Below, piece by piece: positions 56,351-64,000 of a stretch of DNA of 64,000 nucleotides. A program made the position numbers and the translations under genes. The notes under the pieces were generated by a model. That model was not told the DNA's origin. It was given only the letters and a program-made list of their open reading frames with translations, and did no database searches. The stretch covers positions 64,001 through 128,000 of the forward strand of contig CAVXZB010000024.1 of assembly GCA_963765895.1 (NCBI GenBank). Reading direction: 5' to 3'. The DNA comes from an uncultured Nitrososphaeraceae archaeon. GTDB lineage: Archaea > Thermoproteota > Nitrososphaeria > Nitrososphaerales > Nitrososphaeraceae. The first letter of the stretch is position 1. The number at the start of each line of letters is the position of its first letter.

Positions 56351-56401
56351 ATGGCAGCAAAGAAAAAATCTGTAAAGAAAACCTCGAAAGGTAAAAAGTA
56401 A
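56351..56401 (+). CDS. 16-aa Lys-rich basic microprotein MAAKKKSVKKTSKGKK, not in the ORF track
   Basis: TATA box TTATATA at 56319-56325, ATG about 26 nt downstream, and a T-rich terminator-like tract after the stop. Confidence 0.6.
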   Translation: MAAKKKSVKKTSKGKK

Positions 56402-57612
56402 AAATACGGGGAGTGTATTCTCTATTTTTCCTATTTTTTAGATTGTGTTTCAAAACCCAAATGAAAAGTAATTATTCTATATTGTTGTCGATGCTAAATC
56501 GATCTAATTCACATCTCTATGGCGTTGTGATGACAGACGCCTATTAGATACAATTGTTGTTCAAAGAAGTATTGCAATCTTGATTACTTACTTTATTCTA
56601 TCAGTGAATTTTTTCCATTCTGGTCATACTACTCCAGCTATTATCCTCGCACGATCATCTAATAAGTGTTCAAACACTCACTTAAGTTTGACTATTTCTA
56701 GATATCAATTTCTGCGTGACTGGTATATGCCTAGGCTTTGAAAAATGAGTTAGCCACAGCTCGTCGAATATTATAGGTTATGTGAAAGACTTCAACTAAA
56801 ATATAAAGCATCTTCAGGTATTTATCACAGCACGGAGTAAAAATCTTGTTCGATGCTAGTTAATCTACCGTTGTACGATCATTAATGGACGATTCAAGTT
56901 CGCGATTATTTTTATTAATCCGGAACGACAGTTCCAATTGGTCATTTCGACAGAAATACGCTTCGCAACTCATTAATTATATTCACGATTGAGTAATTTG
57001 AGAGCACAAAAATTCAAACTCCCTATTGTTGAAACTCAAGAGACAAATCTGATTGGAATAGCGATTCCTGAAATTAGCAAATGCCCAAAGATATACAGGT
57101 ATGCAAAGGTTAGACTCAATAGGAACGCAATAGCAAATACTATCTTAAGAACTACGCTAATCAATTCATTTGCATATTACAGTTAGCAATAGCAATGATC
57201 TATTAGATAAATATAGGATTTCATCGATTCGTGAGATTCCCACAAAAGCTTAACGATCCTAACTGCAGCTATGTCGTGACACCATTCTATGGGGCATATT
57301 GTCGTCGTTAGTTAGATTGTAATACCAGACACACATCTGCTGCCAGGTACTGTACTATATCGGAGAATAAAGTTGCTAATGCTAATCTGTGATTTATACA
57401 ATAAAAATATACTGCGACTTTCTGAACCTAATTCTGTACTGGCTTGTGAAATTATCACATATAGGAATGTTTTGCGCTTCATTATATGAACAATCGACAT
57501 GCTATGGGATCGGTAAAGGCTTCGTGATCAGCTGCCTGTTTTCTGAAGTTCTGCGTTATGTGTTGTAAAATTTCTACTTAATACAGGATTCCCACAGCTT
57601 GTCGAATTCTAG

Positions 57613-57730
57613 CGCCGGGAGTGGGACTCGAACCCACGGGTCCCGGAGGACATCAGCTTGCCCTTACACTATAGATCTCGAGGCTGACCCCTTTTAGGGT
57701 CATTGACTTGCCTAGCTTCGGTACCCCGGC
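57613..57730 (-). tRNA. tRNA-Ser(CGA) with two introns (D-loop 57708-57693; anticodon loop 57676-57659)
   Basis: Acceptor stem GCCGGGG/TCCCGGC with G discriminator, anticodon arm TCAGC-CT-CGA-GA-GCTGA after splicing, long variable arm and GTTCGAGTCC T-loop; mature length 84 nt. Confidence 0.92.
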
Positions 57731-57947
57731 AATTTTTTAAGGATATCTAGTCATTTAACGTTTGTGCATTGAGATAGAATTAGCTTTTTAGTCAATTCTT
57801 ATGTTAAATTAAAAACATTAGGTAAGAATGTAGATCTAAATCAAAAGTAGTAATCCTAAGCAAATTCAGTAGTAGATAAATCAGATAATAACATCTAGAA
57901 TAATTTAGCAGCTTGTATAAAAATGAAAATCACTTGATTATATCCTA

Positions 57948-58541
57948 ATGTCACACTTTTCTAAATGCAAACGAAGCCTGGCACTATCCCCTTTGATGGT
58001 TCTTCTAGTAACCCTTGCGGTAATCACAATCATGAGTAACCCTGTCCTGTTTACGTCACATCCGTCCGCATTCGCACAACTATCTGGGAATGAGGATACG
58101 TCAAAAGCGATCACACCGGTAACTCCAGTCGCACCCTTTTCGGGCGACATTCGTTCATTGTCAGCAAATAACGACAAAGATTCATTCACAATTAATCTGA
58201 AGATTAGGGGTATAGACTACTCTGATAAATTGGCACAAGTTTGGGTAACTGTGAATAACCATACCTCGGCATATAATATCAATCCCATAGCATTACTAGA
58301 TCCTCAAGATGATGGTGACGGCATCATTCATGTTCCAGTAACATTTCCACATGGAGTAGTTAAACCAGGAGACGAATACACTGCTTGTATAAAAATTCTA
58401 GTCCACTCGGACAATTTGGGAGATACTTATTCTTGTCAAAAAGGAATAATCACTGCTCCTGTCTCAACCGCATCTATATTAAGTAATGACCAATCTAATC
58501 AAACAGGACAGGAACCATTTACAGTCAGTCTATTTTTATAA
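57948..58541 (+). CDS. Secreted hypothetical protein
   Basis: Signal peptide ending SAFA, then a beta-rich domain with a Cys pair (YTAC...YSC). Confidence 0.75.
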   Translation: MSHFSKCKRSLALSPLMVLLVTLAVITIMSNPVLFTSHPSAFAQLSGNEDTSKAITPVTPVAPFSGDIRSLSANNDKDSFTINLKIRGIDYSDKLAQVWVTVNNHTSAYNINPIALLDPQDDGDGIIHVPVTFPHGVVKPGDEYTACIKILVHSDNLGDTYSCQKGIITAPVSTASILSNDQSNQTGQEPFTVSLFL

Positions 58542-59474
58542 AAATATTTGGATTAAACTCTCAAAAAGATGATAGGAGCATATAATTCGACGTCGGGGTT
58601 GGGGGCTTCATTTTCTATCGACTATATATTTGATAGATAGAGTAGTCACAATTTAATCTCATTGAGTATAACTTTACGAATCAACTTCGAATCAAATATG
58701 TTTGTAGTTTTTTCTTGGAGACAGCTTTACCAGAGATTATTTTTTCCAGCCTCTCTTTAGTACTAGTAGTCGGATTTCTCTTAATATAAATTGATATGAA
58801 TTCTGTCAATGAGCTTAGGGGCTGATCCACTTAATGCATATAGATCTACACCGCAATGATAACAGGAATATAGCACGTTGTAATTAGAATTCAATCCTGT
58901 GCTATTTGATCTGTATCTGTATCATCAGAAATCCAAATCGATATGCAAATGGCACAACCAATTTTATAGTTTATTAGATAGCTTCGAGATAGCCTTTGCT
59001 CTAATATTACATAGATACATTTTACTTGGCATTATGAGGAAAATGTGTAGTGTTGATCAATACCCTAGATGGAATATGCATAAACTCTTAGCGAGTAATG
59101 TGAAATATCGTTCCTGCGAAAAAGATAGAACTAGTCATATAGTATGAGATCAGTATTCTGTCCATATATCATTAATTTATTATGATATCATCAATAACAA
59201 TATCATTTTTCGATGTTAATACTATAAGAAAGAATTTTGCTGTTGATTATGATTGTTCTATTATTCGATTCGTTGTGATTGGCCTATTTTCATCGATATT
59301 AGTACAGTGACCTTCGATTTTCTATCGGGTCAAATCAAAAGCCAGCAGGATATCAAGGTTAAGAATCTCTCAATTATTAGTATGAAATCAATGGCTTGAC
59401 GCATGATTCATCATGCTAACAGGTGGGAAAGAAAATAATAATTTAGGCAGGGTTGCGATAGTTAATTGAGATTA

Positions 59475-59873
59475 TTATGGAAAGGGTAAACTGAATGGAG
59501 TATCATCCTTGGATTGGTGCCCGCCCCCACCGTTTCTATGATTGTCTTTATTCTGATGGTTCATAACAACATCATGATTTGATCTATCGTGATTGTCAGG
59601 TCTGTCTAGATTATCGTTGTCTGTTCCATCATCGGTACTCGCTGAAGCTGAAGCTTTACCATTATTACTATAAAGCTGTCGTAGGGACCCGCATGAAGAC
59701 GAAGGGTTGTTCCCATCATTATTATCACTACACATTTTGGCATTTGCATAATACGAACTTGCTACCAGGTAATAAGTCGTAGAGAAAAATAATAGTAATA
59801 TGGAGAAACTAAATAGTATATAACATTGAATATTACCTGTAGGAGGATTCTTATTGCTTTGTAACGTAGTAAT
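59475..59873 (-). CDS. Secreted low-complexity Asp/Asn/His-rich protein (start uncertain)
   Basis: The frame extends upstream of the track ORF into a signal-like ILFSFSILLLFFSTTYYLVASSYYANA, without a canonical start codon; ends KDDTPFSLPFP. Confidence 0.55.
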   Translation of the reverse strand: MTTLQSNKNPPTGNIQCYILFSFSILLLFFSTTYYLVASSYYANAKMCSDNNDGNNPSSSCGSLRQLYSNNGKASASASTDDGTDNDNLDRPDNHDRSNHDVVMNHQNKDNHRNGGGGHQSKDDTPFSLPFP

Positions 59874-60259
59874 TCAATAATAATCGTTATTTAATACTAT
59901 ATTTAAATTAAGGAAATTTATGCTGTAGATTCATATCTACAATTTTTACCTAAATTTATCCTAATATAATTGATCTAGCTTGCCCTTTCTTGTTACATTA
60001 GGCTTTTTGATCTGGGATGTGCTAGATGGTTAAAGCAAGCACAAGCACAATGGGATCACGGTATCAGTTCCAACATTCTAGAATTGTCAACTCCTATTTT
60101 GTAGTTTTAATAGCTTGGAAAGTAATTTTGCCTACAAATGTAGTTCTGTACTGTACTTTATTATATTAATTTTCGGTTTTGAGAGATCTAATCAAATGGA
60201 GTATGCGTTTCAAATGATCTAAATAGTCCGTTGGTTGCACTCGAAGACGTGGACAATAT

Positions 60260-61609
60260 TCAATTTGGAACAATTCGATATATACTACCATCATAGGTGA
60301 GAACATATAAGTAGCCGTCCCCTGCTCCTACCTTAATATCCGTAATAACACCGAACCCTTGTCCGAATATTACCGGTTGGAGTTCATCTCTGGTATCTGC
60401 AACTTTATCAGCTAGCCCGCCATTTAATGCCAGGCTTGTCCTATCGGAATTCAACTTAAAGTTATACAAATTACCTGTGTTAACATCTCCACTGAAGATT
60501 GTATTTTCATATTGCTTTCCTAGCCTATCTGAATTTAAGAACTTCAGAGCAGTGGGTCCGATAGTTTGTCTCCATACAAATTGTGGGTCATGATACTTGC
60601 CCTTTCCGTTATACGATACTAATTGCTCATTAGGTTCAAAACCTGCTGGTGCAAAGCCCATAACTTTGATCCATCCACTGTTAAATCCTGGCTGAACAAT
60701 ATTTATTTCATCATTGGCATCAGCACCATTTTCTGTGTCCCACAAATTTTTAGTCAAAGGATCAAAATCAATTCCAAAGCTATTGCGTATTCCATATGCA
60801 TAATATACTCTGGTCGGATCCTCGTCTCCCAAGAGAATAGGAGATACAGGCTGTCCCTCTTCAGTTACTCTTAATACCCCGCTTGTTCCATCAAGTCTAG
60901 CTACGTCCTTATTGTTCTGTGCTTGACCATCATGACCTCCGACATCCCCAATTACCATATATATATTGTGATCAGGGCCTATCACTATTTTACCCCCATC
61001 ATGATTGCTTTCCCCCAGGGGATCGGGAGAATTTGCCGGGAGATTTAACAATAATAAAGGATCCTCAAGTTTGGTACTATCTGATGATAACTTATATCTA
61101 TAAACATGATTAGCAGGCCTTTCTCCACCTGGTCCTTTTTCAGTATAGTAAAGGAAGACGTATGTAGGACTTCCAGCATCGTTTCCTCTCTTATCTATTG
61201 CTATCCCAAGTAGCCCCCACTCGACTTCAGCATTAGCGATATTGGGAATTTGTAATAGTGGTTGGGGCAGTAACTTTCCATTTACGATCCTATCGACAGT
61301 ACCTTTATTCTTTTCTAGAACTAAGATGTCATTAGGTCCCAGAAAGGCCATACTCGTTGGAATCCTTAGTTCCCCGGAAACAACGCGTTCGACCCTCAGA
61401 GATGGGTCGTTTACTGTAGGTCCATTTGCAGCAGGCGTAGATTTCACATATGCGGCGTTAGCAAGATAGGTACTGCCCGGTACATGGTTCAGAATCATAA
61501 TGGCAGCAAAAAACATGCAAGTAAATAGAGATAACACAAATTGATACTTATGAATAGACAAGATTGATTTTCCCTTCCTTTCCTCACTTAGCTCATCTCG
61601 ATTGAACAT
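60260..61609 (-). CDS. PQQ-dependent sugar dehydrogenase (glucose/sorbosone dehydrogenase family), secreted
   Basis: PTSMAF, GLLGIA, HDGGKIVIGPD, YAYGIRNSFGIDFDP, WDTENG and DEIN...GFNSGW. Confidence 0.92.
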   Translation of the reverse strand: MFNRDELSEERKGKSILSIHKYQFVLSLFTCMFFAAIMILNHVPGSTYLANAAYVKSTPAANGPTVNDPSLRVERVVSGELRIPTSMAFLGPNDILVLEKNKGTVDRIVNGKLLPQPLLQIPNIANAEVEWGLLGIAIDKRGNDAGSPTYVFLYYTEKGPGGERPANHVYRYKLSSDSTKLEDPLLLLNLPANSPDPLGESNHDGGKIVIGPDHNIYMVIGDVGGHDGQAQNNKDVARLDGTSGVLRVTEEGQPVSPILLGDEDPTRVYYAYGIRNSFGIDFDPLTKNLWDTENGADANDEINIVQPGFNSGWIKVMGFAPAGFEPNEQLVSYNGKGKYHDPQFVWRQTIGPTALKFLNSDRLGKQYENTIFSGDVNTGNLYNFKLNSDRTSLALNGGLADKVADTRDELQPVIFGQGFGVITDIKVGAGDGYLYVLTYDGSIYRIVPN

Positions 61610-61820
61610 ATTTTTAGGTTTCTCATAAATTTAACTGTAGAATTTGAGTTATGAGATATAGCGTAATCTAGTGTACTTACCTATGTGAATCTGCATAAAA
61701 CTATTGATAAATTTAATAAAATGATATCAGAACACACCATTGGTTCTTGTAGAGATTAACTATTAACCAGAGGTCAGTCTTAAGTAGCTACTCAGTTGAT
61801 ACCAAGAGAAATTTTTGCAC

Positions 61821-63099
61821 CTAGGAGGCCGTTCTGGGTATATTCAGGATAACTGAATATGCATTCCCAATCAGTACATTTCCTGTGCCTAGGCCTGGAA
61901 CAGTGATTGGACTTGTCGCTCCCAATGCGACTGTTACTATGGCCGGCTGAGTTTGACCATTTAATTTATTAATCGTTAGTTGGTATTCATCTCCATTTAA
62001 TTGGACGAGAGTAAAAGTTCCCAATCCAATTTCTGTTGCGATGTTTGTATCTTGTCCAGTGATTAAGCAGATTGCTAGCGGTTTGGTTTGGCCAGGCAAG
62101 TCACTAAGAGTTACTGGAGTACAATTACTAGACTTTCCAGCACCATCGGGATTTTTATTTTGATTATTATTTCCATTATGATTGTCGCCTCCTCCTGGAC
62201 TGCCGCCGCCGTTATGATTGTCGCCTCCTCCTGGACTGCCGCCGCTGTTATGATTGTCGCCTCCTCCTGGACTGCCGCCGTTATGATTGTCGCCTCCTCC
62301 TGGACTGCCGCCGCCGTTATGATTGTCGCCTCCTCCTGGACTGCCGCCGCCGTTATGATTGTCGCCTCCTCCTGGACTGCCGCCGCCGTTATGATTGTCG
62401 CCTCCTCCTGGACTCGCCGCCGTTATGATTGTCGCCTCCTCCTGGACTGCCGCCGCCGTTATGATTGTCGCCTCCTCCTGGACTGCCGCCGCCGTTATGA
62501 TTGTCGCCTCCTCCTGGACTGCCGCCGCCGTTATGATTGTCGCCTCCTCCTGGACTGCCGCCGCCGTTATGATTGTCGCCTCCTCCTGGACTGCCGCGCC
62601 GTTATGATTGTCGCCTCCTCCTGGACTGCCGCCACCGTTATGATTGTCGCCTCCTCCTGGACTGCCGCCGTTATGATTGTCGCCTCCTCCTGGACTGCCG
62701 CCCGTTATGGCCAACTACGCTCGGCGTCACACTCTCATTACTGTTCGTGTTCCCTTTATTAGATACGCTATCATTTTGATGGGAACCAGAAGTTCCTAGC
62801 TCTTCTGCCTGGAACTTGTTGTATTGATTCATAAACGTATCCATACGTGCGTCTGTATCACCAAAATTAGAATAACGCTCCCTCGTAGTAGTATCATAGC
62901 TTTGGATATTCGATTTTTCAGGTTGACAAAGAGAGTCAATTTGCAATGCTTGATTGCTACAAGGATCACCTTCCCCTAACATTTGTCCCATATTATTTTT
63001 CCCGAATACACTTTGAATTGTTGCTGATCTAGTTGATAGAACAAGCAGGGTAGACAATAATGCGATAATGATAATCGTTGAGAGTGACTCTCTAGCCAT
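61821..63099 (-). CDS. Secreted protein with Gly-rich GGGSPGGGDNHN tandem repeats; several apparent indels within the repeat
   Basis: Signal peptide MARESLSTIIIIALLSTLLVL from the ATG at 63099 joins the repeat ORF by a frameshift near 62700; the C-terminal beta-rich domain ends at 61821. Confidence 0.7.
62176..62708. repeat. 33/36-bp tandem repeat, about 15 copies
   Basis: Unit ttatgattgtcgcctcctcctggactgccgccg(ccg), with no unique spacers. Confidence 0.95.
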
Positions 63100-63449
63100 G
63101 ACAAGCAATAGTAATGACAATTGCCTTATCTTGATTAGGATAATTAATGCACCCCGAAATATCTCAACTAATATTATTGTAGATTGGATGAAAGTATATC
63201 CTGAGAAATAATTCCGAAATTTATTGCCGTCAAATCTTAATATTCTAATATCTTTCATGAAGAAAAATTCCATAGTTCAAGCAATATCATATTTATTGAT
63301 TGGTAAGCCTGGCTGGATGTATTAATCCCCTCTTATAAGCACTAAGAATTAGATTTCCATCTTGAATGCTAGTCCTACTAAATAATTTAATAATATAAAG
63401 TTACAAGAAAATTTAATATGACTTGGAAGAACCGAAATATAGAGGTATC

Positions 63450-64000
63450 TTGTTGCTTAGAAATAAGATTGCTATCATATCAGGGGCTACCAAGGGCATT
63501 GGATTTTCTATGGCTAAGGTTTTTTCAGAAGACCATGGTGCATTTACTATAGTATGTTCCAGAGATATTAATAGAGCGAAATTGGCTGCGAATCAAATAA
63601 ACGGCCGTTGCATGGCAGAACAAGTTGACGTTTCAGATGAGAGTAGTGTAAGAAATCTGGTAAAAAGAGTAATGGCTAAGCATGGAAGAATCGATATTTT
63701 GATAAACAATGCTGGATTTTACTTTGACAAAGAAATCTGGTGTAAAAGTTTTCATCAGACTACAACCGGTGAATTAGCAAGAATATTAGCTGTCGATTTA
63801 TGGGGGTCGGTTTATCTGAGTAGGGAAGTTATTAGGGCGTACCTAAAAAGTCTTGTTCCAGATGAAAAAAAGAAAACCACGTCTAACCTTAAAAGCGATT
63901 GTAAAAATAGGGTAGTTATCATAAATATTTCTTCCACCCCAGCGATAGAAGGACATGTTGAAGGGTCCCCTTACACCATAGCAAAATCTGCGATCATTGG
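63450..64000 (+). CDS. Short-chain dehydrogenase/reductase (runs off the window)
   Basis: Manual translation: KIAIISGATKGIG, RIDILINNAG, INISS and YTIAK (YxxxK); GAGGT SD-like element upstream of TTG. Confidence 0.9.
   Translation, partial: MLLRNKIAIISGATKGIGFSMAKVFSEDHGAFTIVCSRDINRAKLAANQINGRCMAEQVDVSDESSVRNLVKRVMAKHGRIDILINNAGFYFDKEIWCKSFHQTTTGELARILAVDLWGSVYLSREVIRAYLKSLVPDEKKKTTSNLKSDCKNRVVIINISSTPAIEGHVEGSPYTIAKSAII

Noticed and set aside
24781-57613. Integrated element anchored at the tRNA-Ser 3' end
   Set aside because: No integrase seen and no convincing duplicated tRNA 3' end (only an 8-bp match near 34035); housekeeping-type genes (HIT, amrS) are interspersed.
62176-62708. CRISPR array, or real proteins in the alternative frames (VMIVASSWTAAA, RRRYDCRLLLDC)
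   Set aside because: Spacer-less coding tandem repeat; the other frames are shadow ORFs.

Overview
Low-GC, low coding-density archaeal chromosome segment. Gene content points to a soil-type ammonia-oxidising archaeon (Nitrososphaeraceae-like; an inference from archaeal aIF-2beta, TrpRS/PheRS, BHB-intron tRNA and typical secreted low-complexity proteins). About 1-25 kb is mostly core: trpS, pheS-pheT, aIF-2beta, grpE-dnaK-dnaJ, queE, purB, queD-queC and an AlaX-like protein. It is interrupted by a ycaO-tfuA thioamidation pair, which has an unannotated divergent 58-aa NHLP-leader-like gene, and by an orphan DNA methyltransferase. About 25-64 kb is accessory: small Zn-finger genes, an MFS transporter, radical SAM enzymes, a membrane-anchored HNH protein, a membrane protein with two PmoC/AmoC-like D-x3-H-x12-H motifs coupled to a TetR with candidate operators, GNAT and HD-GNAT genes, an IS5 relic, several pseudogenes, a two-intron tRNA-Ser(CGA) and repeat-rich secreted proteins. 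Single-base indels in essential genes (pheS, dnaK) suggest sequencing or assembly errors, so single-frameshift genes should not be assumed to be pseudogenes. The best candidate for a new system is the YcaO/TfuA pair with the NHLP-leader-like peptide.
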